From Oikopleura dioica (lineage: Eukaryota > Animalia > Chordata), in assembly GCA_907165135.1 (NCBI GenBank), contig OU015568.1, positions 5,208,001 to 5,272,000 on the forward strand: 64,000 bases of DNA, in the 5' to 3' direction. The notes under the pieces were generated by a model, which saw nothing but the letters and a program-made list of their open reading frames with translations, did no database searches and had not been told where the DNA came from. The position numbers and the translations under genes were made by a program. Position 1 is the stretch's first letter. The number at the start of each line of letters is the position of its first letter. Positions 12,170-23,800 of this stretch are shown here, piece after piece.

Positions 12170-15100
12170 TTACTCTGATACAACCTCAGAAACATGGTGT
12201 TCAGAAAGTAAGGGCTGATCGTCTTCGGAAATGTTTTTCTTTGATTTGATCTTGTTTGATGTGTTCATTTCATCGTCATTTGCCAAGTGAGCTAGGTGCA
12301 CCATCACCATGCTTCCAACTGTGAGCAGAGTGAAGGGAATTAAGGAGACCAGCGCCTAAACGAACAATTAAAAAACGATGGTACACCCTTAATCCCAATT
12401 TTAGCCGCTGCTGCGTCTAATTCTTGACCGGTAGGGATTATGAAATGTGTATTTGAATGAATCGCTCTCGGGAGGACTTTTCAAACAATTCTAGCACGTG
12501 GCGGAGCAGCTGATCCCCGAGTGACCGCATCCACGTATCTTGAAAGAAACCCCCTCAAAAGTTCGAATTCACCGCAGTTTGAATCTAAAAAACATCTTCT
12601 AGAGGACGAAAAACGCTCATTTCTTTACTGCAATTCTTCAAAAGAGCCAGAAAAACGGCTAGAAAAGGCCTAAAAGTAGCCTTTTATATTAGTTTAAGAG
12701 AAATTCTAGAGCTTAAATCGCCTTTTACGTCATTTAATGACCAAAAGAAAAGGTTCACTACGCATTTTTTGGTTGAAAGAAAGCCCCGTTGGCCCTCGAA
12801 AATTGCGGTTGCCGGATAACGAGTCGCTGCCTCTTAAGTTCCTTCCCAGGATATGACTCGATCGATTTCCGAACCCGAAACCAGAAGGCCTTATGGACCG
12901 TTGAGTACCTGAAGGAAAATCATCTGCGCCCAGATTTTTTCGCAGCGGATTTCTCCGAACTCCAGCGCCCAGCAGAAATAGTAGTTGATGATGTACATGA
13001 CGATGAAGAGGGCGAGGAAGAGTTTTTCTTGCAGCGGTCCTTTTGGTTTTTGAATCGAAAAGGGCAGCACTAGAATTTCGAGTTTCATAGGGTTCCGGAA
13101 GGAAAGAAACTTACGCTCAAGAATGAGTCCAGAAATGTGGCAGACGATGTAGAAAAATGGTCCAAAGATGAGATAAGCTGAGGTGGTGTGGCAAAAATTA
13201 ATAAAGAGTAATTTTGAATTCGTTTACCTTCCTCGATCAGGTCATGAAATAGTACCATTTTACTAAGAAATTATTATTTTTTTCTTCAAGATAGGTAAAT
13301 GTCATCTATAAATTCAATTGCTTGTGTGATGCTTTGATTTCATTAATTTTTATATTTTAAAAATAGAAATTGATAATTAAAATAATAAAATTCAGGTTTT
13401 CAAAAAGAAGTTTATTTTTGAACAATTTCCCACACGTTCAAATGACCTTTTGCGCCGCTCGACAATTACATCTCGGCTCAGAGACGGGATTATCTAACAG
13501 TGGCAGAGTGGTCAACAAGGTTAAAACACGTGTGTAGAACACGTGCTTGTCCCCCATGAAGTCACTGACAATAATTCAAGGGGACGTCTAACTGACATCA
13601 GGCCCGGGCATATTTCCGCTTTACGACCTTACTACATGCTTCAAGCTTCTTTTCAGAAGCTCCTTTTTTTCTCCTTTTGAGACCCTTAATTTTTCTTTTA
13701 CGAAATTTTGGAAATTTCTTTCTCCTGAAAAAGGACCGGATAAGGGCCAAAAACTCAACTGCGCAAGATGTTTGGAAAAGGAACAGGGTCCTTTTTCACT
13801 CGAAATTCACGTTACTTCTAAATTCTAGTGCTCTTTGGCCATGTTTTTGCCACACGGAATTGAGGGAATTGCAATTAGCTGCCAGAGGTCTTGAACTCGA
13901 TCGGGGAGGAACCAGTTGGAACAGTAGGCAAGCCAGATGACGAAGGGGAAGAATCGGACGAGGGTCGAATTTTCTCGCCACCAGAAATCAAAGGTGAAGA
14001 TCCAGGCGATCACAAGAACTAAAATTTTTATCAAATTTCGATTTTTTTGAGAAAATCAACAATGATTTCTAAAACGCTACAGCTTGCTCTTGTTATAGTG
14101 AAATTTCTCATCAAGCGTTTTGATTGGTCAATAAACACGATATAGCTCAAATCAAGTGCTCTGATTCGTCAATTCATTTGGCTAATAGCTCTTTGGAAAA
14201 CTTTTCTATTGGCCAATCAGAGCGCTGAATGAAACATTTCGTTATCGAGAAGAGACTGGGTAGAATTTTTTATCTTGAGATTTTCTGAATATTTGACCCG
14301 ATTTCTAACTTCCGAAAATCGAGGATGAAATATGGAATAAGAAGGTTCTTACGTGTAGGAAGGAAGGATTAGGTACCTGTAGTGAAACCAAAGAAGAAAA
14401 TCGGCCACAAGTCTTCACGTTGCGGGAGATCACGATTGCCTGTCTGATAAGCGATAACGCAAGAATGAATGAGGGGCCATAATTCGATAAAGAACGTCCA
14501 TTGTTTCGTCTGAAGAACTTTTTTTTAGAAATCTTTTCTCAAAAAAAAGGCAAAAAAACTGCCGACTCAAAATTCGAGCAAATCACTGATTTGAAATCAG
14601 CCAGATTTGACGAGTATGACAGGCGCGAAGCTATTTAATAAAGTCGGCAATTGCACTTGTTATATTTTGTTGCTTCGTGTTTTCGTTTATTTTGGAAATT
14701 GATGTTTATACGAATGTAGAACGGATAAAATGGAGTTTTGAAAACACGGATTAACCATTGAACATAGCATAACGCAAACTAGTTAGCATGAGTTTTAATA
14801 CTCTTACAGGACTCAAGGTCAAAAACATAAGTTTTCGAGTATTTTCACACATTATACCGGTATTTATGCAGTATTATATGACTCATATAATATGAGTCAT
14901 ATAACATGAGTCATTGACTATGAGTCATAGATTATGAGTCACAGACTATGGCTCATAGACTATGACTCATAATCAATGACTCATCGTTCTCTGTCAATTA
15001 AAGGATCTAAATCTATGATGGTGAATTTTAGGCAAACTGATCTTGATTACTATTTTCAACAATTTGTAAGGTCATTTGGTAATTCCCGCTCGCTGTCACA

Positions 15101-18100
15101 TGACTGTCGAAAAAGGGCAAATCTTGTGAATTACTTAAAATTACGAAAACGTGAGTGCGTAGACATAAAGAGATCAGCAGTGGCGACAGGGGTTGATACC
15201 CGCGCTTTTCATTTTCAAAACGCGAAAAGTCCTAAATTGCACCCTGCTGGTGACAATTTCAATTTCAAGGTTTTAGAGAACGAAAAAACGAACAAACAGC
15301 GTTTTTGTGGTTTTTGAGGCTTGGAAACTCGAGAATACGTACAACGTGCATTTTTGTGTAGATCATCGAACTCTGGAGGAAACACAAGCATCCGTTGGTG
15401 AATCCGAGAAAGTGGCCGGGAGTAGATTCCATTGGGTGGTACCTTATTTTGCTGAGGAAGCAGGGGAAGTTCAACGAGGGGGTTACTTACCAGAAAGTGT
15501 AGCAGATGCCCCAGAAGATGACGTAGCCATGATATCTGCTGATGAACCACTAGAAAGAAAGAATAAAACCCTGGGCTCGCCAACCTGTGTAGAAAACCTA
15601 AGTCAGGGTCCAAAAAGCCGCTACATGGCCTTTTTTTATCGGAGCCGCAAAGTGGCTTTTCTGACCCTGACTCAGATTTCCTTCACAGGTTGTTGAGGAA
15701 AGGTTAAACCTGAGTCAGGGTTTGAGAGAACAATGACTCATAGTCTATGACTTTGACATGACTCATAGACTATGACTCATAGTCTATGAGTCATAGACTG
15801 TGACAGAATCGAGAAGCCGCTTGCGGCTTCGAGAAAAATAACGGGGAGAAGCCGGACTATGCGCGGCTTATGGCATCTTTCGCTCGAAGCCGCAAGCGGC
15901 TTCTCGATTTTCAACTGTTCGAAGTTCGAACAGTAAAAATACTAACAGTACTGCTGTAGAACTGTAAACAGTCTTTGCTGAATTTGAGACGAAGAGATTA
16001 TTCACGTTTGACTCACCCTTGCAAAGCTCGGTTCGTTTTCACGTAGATCGGGCCAGCCGAATAAGAAACCGCGGTCTGATGTGGGGTCAGCGCGCACTCA
16101 CGCCAGAAACATGCCCTTTTCGCTGACCCCGAAACGAAAGTGCCAAGTACCAAAATGATGCAGCCCATTAGAATAACAGATGCTAAAAAAGACGGTTATG
16201 ATTAAGGAGACCCCTCGCCAAACCTGAGTCGGGGTTTTTCAATTAGCTGTTATTAAAGCCGCGCAGCGGCTTTTTAAAAATCGAAGCCGCAATGAGCCCT
16301 GACTCAGGTTTTAGCACAGGTTGTAGACAGTAGATTTTGAGCGGTTTTAAGGGTGTCGGAACAATAAATTCATTTCTAAATGATAAAATTGATTGATAGT
16401 TGATGCAATATTTGGTAATAACAGTGCACGAAAAAATTAAAATGCGCATTCTCAGACGCCCTTATAGTTTGCTGACAGCATTTTTGAGGCTTTCTCAAAA
16501 TAATTTTTTGAATATTTTACCTTGAGAAGTCGATTCGGCGACGGTTGGGGCCAGGCCATCATATGAAACTAAATTTCAATCATTTATGAGTCTGTATTAT
16601 AGAATTTTAAAAGAACATTTTAGACGATTATTTTTCTCGAATAAAATGATTATAAATAATGATAAACGGACAGGAAAAAACGTGTGTAAAACTCGCGTTT
16701 TTTATAAATAGTGAAATACCTCAGTTTAGACTTACTGTGGGTGATTACCAAATGAGCAATCACGAAAAACACGTTCGCTGCGGTCAGAAAGTAATTGAAG
16801 CTACTCAGCTTGGTTGTAAATTTCGCCTCGACGCCGATATCGCGTCCTTTCGTAACGTTTTGCAATCAGTCCAAAAATTCAAATTAATCAAAAATTAGAA
16901 AGATGCGACCCCGGAAAAGACTAAGATTAATTAGCTCTCTAATAAGGGTCTGATCCCCTTATTTGAAGTCAATAAACTCAGTTGTCTTTGACTATTTATG
17001 GACAAAAACACTAGCTTTTCTCCATAAATTATAATTTTAAGACCCCCGATTGGTCAAAATTTAAATTTGAATTTTCGACCAATCAGAGGCAAAATTTTCT
17101 ATCGCGAGATTTTTTCTGTAGGAATCGATTTCAATCTCGAATTTTTTTTCCACAGAAAAGACTTTCGATAACGAAGATTACATCAAGCCCCCTGATTGGC
17201 TTCTTTCTACATAAGAAAACTGGCCAATCAGGGGGCGTGATGAAAGAATCTGTTATCCAGAAAAGATGAAATTGCAGATATTTTTGAATTTGAAAATTGA
17301 AAAAATTTGAAAAGCCAAAAAAGACGCGTGAAATCTTCAATTGAAAGAAAACTGGCATTCTTGATTTCTTGCACTTTTGATTTTTGGAACTTTGCTTCTA
17401 ATACTCACCTGTCCAAGGCGCCATAAAATCGAAGAAGCTGAAAAATGTGCGCTTTGAAAAATACTAAAATCGGCCGGATGGGCAATGATGCGCCTTCCGC
17501 GAATCAATCCTCCCTCGAATTAGAATTACAAATGCCGGAAAAAAGCGCCGAAATGCAAAACGTTTTTGACCCGAGCCGAATTCCGAGTCTTTAAGTTTCT
17601 GAGCGTAGAAGACTCCAGCCCAGACAGTAATTTGATGCATCAAATAAAAAGCCCATGGGATGACATAACTCCAAGCCAATTCTGGTCTGAGCTAAATTTC
17701 GGGGCTCCAAAACAACAATTGCCGGAATTCGTGTAAGGGGCAATTATCTGGGGCAGATGGCTTGATAGTATCAGCGGAAAAATTTCGCAAGCAGGGGCCG
17801 GAAAGATGACAAGTGTATTTGGTAGCGCAAGCTAGGGCGATTATTTGAAACACGTGTTCGGAGCCCCGTTCCTTCCAGTAGTACCAACGTGTTACACAAC
17901 CAGGGCCATAGTAACCTCCGCCGGTTAGTTATTTATCATTGGTCCACAATCCCTTTATTCTTTTTTTACACGAATAAAGATATTCTGGACAGAATGATAA
18001 AGATCTTATTTTAACCCTTTAGCGCAAAAATGGTCATTTCTGGACTTCTGTGCGCTAAAAGGTTAAAAATGACCATTTTATTTCTTTGGGTATTTTTAAC

Positions 18101-18674
18101 CCCCTAGCGCAAAATGGTCATTTCTGGACTTCTATGCGCTAGGGGGTTAAAAATGACGATTTTATTTCTTTGAATATTTTTTATCCCCTAGCGCTAAATG
18201 GGAACAAAATTGTCAGAGTTGGCCAATTTTCGAGCCTCATGCGCCAGGGGGTTAAAAACAGTCCATTTTCATTTCAAAGAAGAAATTCATAACCGGACCT
18301 ATCTCAGTAGTGTTACACAAGTCGTAGTCCATTTCGCACTCGAGAGGCCCTTGTTCAAATCTTAATGTATTCCTCTTTTGTTTTCTCTAAACATTCTCTG
18401 TGGTACCGTTCTCTGCTGTTTTCCTGCCCTGGCTGGTTGTAAACGGTTGGCGATGGAGCGTACCAACCAGCTGCTTCGCCCCATTCCAGCATCGCCCAAA
18501 GAAAAGAAAAGCTACGAATGGCTATTTATGGTGATTTTTCTTAAGGGTATCCTACGTGAAAATGATTCCGCCGACAAAGAGCTTTACATCTTCTCTAGCT
18601 TCTTCCTCAGCTTTCTTGAATTTCTCGACTTTTTCATACTCAGAATAAATTTTCTTTTTCGACTTGATCGCCAT
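12170..18674 (-). CDS. Polytopic (about 9-11 TM) His-rich membrane protein of an uncharacterised family (WYYWK / YDGLA / RYHGY / FWYHPME motifs)
   Basis: About 16 exons joined with consistent phase from ATG 18674 (MAIKSKKK...): TRWYYWKE, FYLMHQITVWAGVFYAQ, NVFFVIAHLVITHISYDGLAPTVAESTSQASVIL, RGFLFGWP, SRYHGYVIFWGICYTFWYHPMESTPGHFLGF, WTFFIELWPLIH, LWPIFFFGF, IAIPSIPSY, ending ...SEVVSE-stop at 12170. Motif order matches a bacterial/invertebrate hypothetical family from memory; a few junctions unresolved. Confidence 0.85.
14876..14990. repeat. Minisatellite of ~14-bp units each containing TGA(G/C)TCA
   Basis: tatgactcatataatatgagtcatataacatgagtcattgactatgagtcatagattatgagtcacagactatggctcatagactatgactcataatcaatgactcat; intronic. 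Confidence 0.85.
15581..15803. mobile_element. CCTGASTCAGG-family palindromic element with adjacent TGASTCA minisatellite
   Basis: caacctgtgtagaaaacctaagtcagggtc ... gaccctgactcagatttccttcacaggttg inverted ends (15581-15692), an extra half at 15706-15724, then an atgactcat array to ~15803. Confidence 0.8.
15808..15910. repeat. GCCGC/GCGGC foldback unit
   Basis: aatcgagaagccgcttgcggcttcgag ... ctcgaagccgcaagcggcttctcgatt inverted arms. Confidence 0.75.
16221..16323. mobile_element. CCTGASTCAGG-family element
   Basis: aacctgagtcggggt ... gccctgactcaggttttagcacaggttg with internal aagccgcgcagcggctt. Confidence 0.7.
18011..18255. mobile_element. Three tandem ~83-bp hairpin units with TTAA-CCC...GGG-TTAA ends (piggyBac-like MITE array)
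   Basis: ttaaccc(c)tagcgcaaaatggtcatttctggacttct.tgcgctag(a)ggggttaa occurs twice almost identically, plus a diverged third unit; intronic. Confidence 0.8.
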
Positions 18675-20860
18675 TTTCTACGGCAATGGAGAAAAAGGGG
18701 AGTAGGCAAAACTCGATTTGCCGGAAAATTCTCGACAGATGGAAAATTTCTCAGTGTTTTTGAGATAACTTTGTTTTATTTGGATCTTGTAACTTTGAAC
18801 TATTTTGCGTTTTTTACCGAGAAAACTTAAAATGGAAGAGTTAGATTCTTACTTGTCCATTAGTAATGGACCATTACGCTTTTTTTGTTGCCATTTTTGC
18901 CGATATCTTTTCATGCCGCCCAGAAAAACCCCGCGCGGCGGGTTCTTATCTTCTCTGGAGCAAGACACAAAATTTTCTTATCGAGAAATTTTGTACGCTG
19001 AGCCGAGTATCTGGCGATAGGATTAGCTTTTGCAGTTCTAAAGCACGTGTTCCCTTATTGTGGGATTCCAGCGTCTTATCATCAGTTGGCTTACAAGGTT
19101 AATTTTTGATGGTAAAAGATATTTTACTCGAAAATGCTGGCTGAGTATTAAATATTTTTTGATAAGCGGAGAAAAAATTTCAAAGTTGAATATGCTAAAG
19201 GTTAAGGGTATACCTTCTTATATAATTTTACGCTAGATTATTTGAATGAAAGCGTTCTTATTGGTCAATAAGACCCATATTGTGAGGCTGCCTAGGGTTA
19301 GCGAATAAGAACAGATTTCGCCTCCTCCAATCAAAAAGTCGTATTTCAAATTATTGAGAAAGCTCTTCCTATTGGTCGATGAAACTCATATTATTTTCTC
19401 AAGCCAATCAAAACTCACTTTTTCTTATCTCCATGAATTCAAAACGCCCCGCGAATCAATTTGAATTTTTCAGTATCTTCTATTCTTACCTTTTTAGCTA
19501 GGTAAGTTATGGATACCTGCATTTTTATCGCTCAATTATCTCATGCTCTGAGTCTCTTTATGCAACTATCTGTATCTGTATCTGCTGATCATTTTTTAGA
19601 ACACACAAGGAAAGATCTGATTTTCGTATTTTATTTATGCGAAAGCTTTATACAAAAGTGGCACAATGAAAATAAGGGAAACCCCTATTTCGGTATAAAT
19701 AGACATGTAAGATTTTAACTGAACGATAAGGGTTTACACGCAGTGCCAAGAAAACGGGCAGAAAGATGATATGAAAGAATTAAGGGTGTTTATCGCACCT
19801 GGAAACAAAAAACTTCGAAAAATTTTTCGAAAAATTTTTAAAATTTCATTATTTCATCAAAATCTTGGCCGTCGACTTTTAGATTAATATTTACAAACTT
19901 GCCAATTTAAGACGCTAGACCCTTAATTTAAGGGAGTAGCTCTTGAAAGAAGAAAAAGAATTGGCGTTTTTTAAAAAATTTTGCGAGGCAAACTTTTATG
20001 AGCAAAACTGTCAAGCAGCTGCTTTTTTAGAGTAAAAAACATGGTTTAAATAGTATCTGGAAGTGTCCTTTAAGTTTTGTGACGCCCTTTATTTTTTCAA
20101 TTTTTGCGGCTTGGAAAATAATGACTCGAGAAAGATCAATTTGGCAGGTTTGAAAAATTAAAATTTAGGAGTCAATTTTGAGAAGCCTTAAAATTTCAAA
20201 CTCCTTAAAAAATCTTAAGGGTGTACCCTGCTTAAAGACTTTTTGGAGCGAAATTCTGTCGTTCGAAAATACCGCGCTTTTTGCCCTAGGAAATGACAGA
20301 AATTCGTTATTTTTCGCTTTTTCTTCGTTATTTTTTTGATTCTGGCTCGAGAAAACTTAAGGGTATCAACTTCCATTCGCGAGAGCAGAGAAAGAAGATA
20401 TGGGTATGTGTTTTACAAAAAGTTGAATTGTACAAAATGGTGGCAAATTTGGTGAATCGTTTTTAAAAAGGATATAAAAGCAGAATAAGGAGCCTTTTTA
20501 AGGGTATCTTCTCGATATTAAGATATTTACAGTACTCGCCTGTATCTTAGCAACATGAATGTTTGGGTTGATTAAGGGTGTTTCCAGCCTATTGCGATTG
20601 AAAGAAAGGGTCTTGAATAAGAGATTAAGGTTTGGGTTCTGTTATGGGCGAGTTTGAAAAAAAGACTTTGAACTTAAGGGGGTACCGTGACGTTACCTGG
20701 CATAGATAATATTATAAAAAAGAATTGAAAACGCAATAATTTTTTGTTAATAAAAAAGATTTAGCCGCCTAAAGTTGGAAATGGTTTTTCAACCTTCCAA
20801 ATAATAAGAATAGAAAAGAGTAGAGGCGGGGGTACTAAGGGTAGGGACTTAGTGAATAAC

Positions 20861-23800
20861 TTAGTATGGGTTGAGGGCGTTGTCGGCTTCCCAGAGCGAG
20901 TAGTACTTGGATCCAGCTGGCCCGTCGATGCACCGCGGTGGGCAGAGGGTTTGGACGGTGAAACGCATCGAGTCGGAGGAACTGTTGCAGTTGACCTTGC
21001 TGTTCTTATTGTCGATGTGGATCTCCTTGACTTGAGCCAAGAGTTGTTGCTTTTGAATCTTCAAAGGGATAGAAACAGTGACTCTCTGGATGAAAAAGGG
21101 GCCGTGTATCCCACCCCACACCCTTAAATTTTGGTGAGATATTGAGGTGTCCCCACTTTAGAGTCCAAAAGTTATCATTTTATCGAAATTAAAAGCTACT
21201 TTGATTGAAAAATGAGCAATCAAAAGAAGCTCTAGAATCCATCGAAAAGTTCTAAGCCCGGGGTTAAGGAGCGTATGCGCAAACTGTCGCCGAAATGCAT
21301 CAAACGTGAAGGCAACTAAGTAAAGGTTCTTAACCCCGTCAAGGAATACCGAATTAGATCTTAACCCCCCGCATAAGTCACGCTTCAGGTAAATTTGCCT
21401 CTCTAAGCATTTTCTATTTCATTTTTGATCCTCATTTTTTTTTCGTGAACTTGTCGAAAATCATCATTAAAATGAACTTTTAAAATTTCAACTTCCATTT
21501 TTTTCCTTAGGAAAAGCAATTTTAAGGAAAGTTGTTTTAACCGATGTTCCGAAATTGAAAATTGGCGATTCAGCTCCAGAAAACAAACCGTTAGACGGTG
21601 ATTTTATAACGAACACGACCTCAAAATTACCACGCTCGCGAATTAAGGAGCCCGAATTCAATTGGATTGAGCTCTCTCGCTTTTTTACCGCGCGGTTGAG
21701 TACCGTAAAAGCGATAAGGAAAGAAGAAGGGGCGGATGAGTAGATTTTGTGATGAGTGGAGTCTTTTTCTATCCCGTTCCTGAAGTGATCGGCTCTGAGA
21801 GGCGTATTGAGCAATGCTGATTTCGTCGTTGTTGTATTGCTCGTCGAGGACGGAGAGTTTTTCTTCGATGGCGTTCAGCTAAAGTTTCACATAAAAAATG
21901 GTCATAGGCAGTCAGAACACGAACGAGCAAATATTCTTGATTTCCTGCTTTTTGATTGGCTCAAACGACAAATCATCAAATTTGATTCGTCCTATAACGA
22001 AAAGACGTTGACAAGCCAATCAGATCACATGATTCATAAATTTTATGTTTTTCTGTTTCTTGATTGGCCAAAAATAAAATCGTCAAATCTGATTGGTCAG
22101 AATTTCAAAAGAACGTCTTTGGCTAAGAGATTTATTCTATTCAGCGAATCAGAAAGCTCAAAAACCTGTGTTTTTTCGAGATTGATATTTGATTAAACTA
22201 TTGATATGTACCTGGTCCTCGACAGAAGTCGATCGTCGCTGTCGTCCCTCCTGCGCTCGCTCGTCGTCGATAGCTTGGTTGATGCAAACGCTGGATCCCT
22301 CGGTGTAGCTGCCAGTCAAAGATCGGAAATCGCTGACTTCGAACACTTGGTTCTATAAAAAGGTGTGATTTACGAGCTGCTCGAAAATGTGCGAAGTCTC
22401 TCACCGTTTTGCCGTTAGCGATGATGTTGAGTTCTTCCTTGACGATTCGCTTGCCTACGCCAACGACGATGACGGCTTCCGTCTGTTGGTGGTTGTGGAG
22501 TCGGGCGGCCGATTCTGGGAGTTGATCGTTATCGTTCGCTCGGCCTAAGGAAGGAATGGTTAGTTCGCTGCTTTTCTCTATTGGTAGCTTCTTCTTTTTC
22601 TTTCTCTCTGTACTACTTACCATCAGTGAGGACAAGGACAGTATTGGGAACATCAGGCCGATCTCCAACAGACTCAAGGAAAGCGTTCTCGACGGTGAAA
22701 TCTGAAAAGCAAGTTAGTTATATATCGCTCTGCTGCGCTGCCGGATTTTACGATTAGCAATAATTAGAGCAGAGACGCGCAAAGATTGGCATTTTTAATT
22801 ACGAGTCTGCGGTTACCCAACTATCTACGTATTCCTCGACGTCACAATAAATTGCGCGCTGATTTGCAATGAGAAGATCAAAACGAAAGGGCGAGTGGTT
22901 TTGGATGATGATGATGTTTTAATGGATTTTTTTGACGATGAACTTAGTGTACAAAAAGATAATTATTCAATGAATCATCAAAAGACTTGAAAAAGAAGCT
23001 TTTTTACCAAAAAATGAGACTTTTGCAAAAAATTTTTGTTCAAGAAAAATCATCCTTTTTTACGATTACGATGGCCAGCTGGGGCAAATTACGATTAGCG
23101 GGCTTGAGACCCTTGAGTTCGCTGATATTTGCTGATTTTTCTACGCCTCGTTCCTACCCGTTCCATTTTTAATCCCCGCCACAAAATCTCAATCCCTTGT
23201 TACTTATCCCATGCCAGCTCGTAATTACGCGACAAACAAGTTACGCGCCAGTTACACCGAGCCGGGTCAGCTCACGTGGTGGAATGAGTGAGATATTATG
23301 AATCAAATAATCCCGCGCTTGTAATTAGCCAAAACACAACGTTTATTACACCAACCAATGTAATTACCAGAAATGTAGCTCGAAGTAATTATCGATTCGT
23401 TGACACAAAATATGACTTTCATAATCTTAGCTTTACCTTACGAAAAAACGTGGTTTTTGGTTTCCCAATCCTTTTTTATCGAAAAAAAAATCCGACAGTG
23501 CTGAAAATGTCACGAACGTCACAAATGTCACGAATGTCAAAAAAAATTTTTTTTTGTGACATTTTCAGCAAAATCGTGACATTCGTGACATTCGTGACTT
23601 TTTCAGTACTGACCAAAAAATCCCCTTTTTCGGGTCAAAAACAAGCATCATCAATGAGAATCATCATCATCAAAAATGAACTTAGTGTCCAAAGAGCTTT
23701 AAATTTTTATGCTACCTCCATCATAAAAATGGACAGACATGCGGCCATAAATTTATCGCCCCTTCATAAATTCTGAAAAAAGTACCCACTAATCGTAATT

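Noticed and set aside
12789-13073. 94-aa plus-strand acidic ORF
   Set aside because: Antisense shadow of hydrophobic exons of the 12170-18674 membrane-protein gene; the same applies to 15307-15696 and 18378-18830.
14976-15317. 113-aa plus-strand ORF
   Set aside because: Starts in the TGASTCA minisatellite inside an intron of an opposite-strand gene; no protein features.
20690-20705. TTACCTGGCA resembling the 5' end of U1 snRNA
   Set aside because: The match is only about 10 nt with no downstream U1 stem-loops or Sm site; it is simply the complement of a CAG|GTAA splice-site-like sequence.
20852-22196. Plus-strand ORFs 20852-21127, 21555-21743, 21807-22196
   Set aside because: Antisense to exons of the VWA gene.
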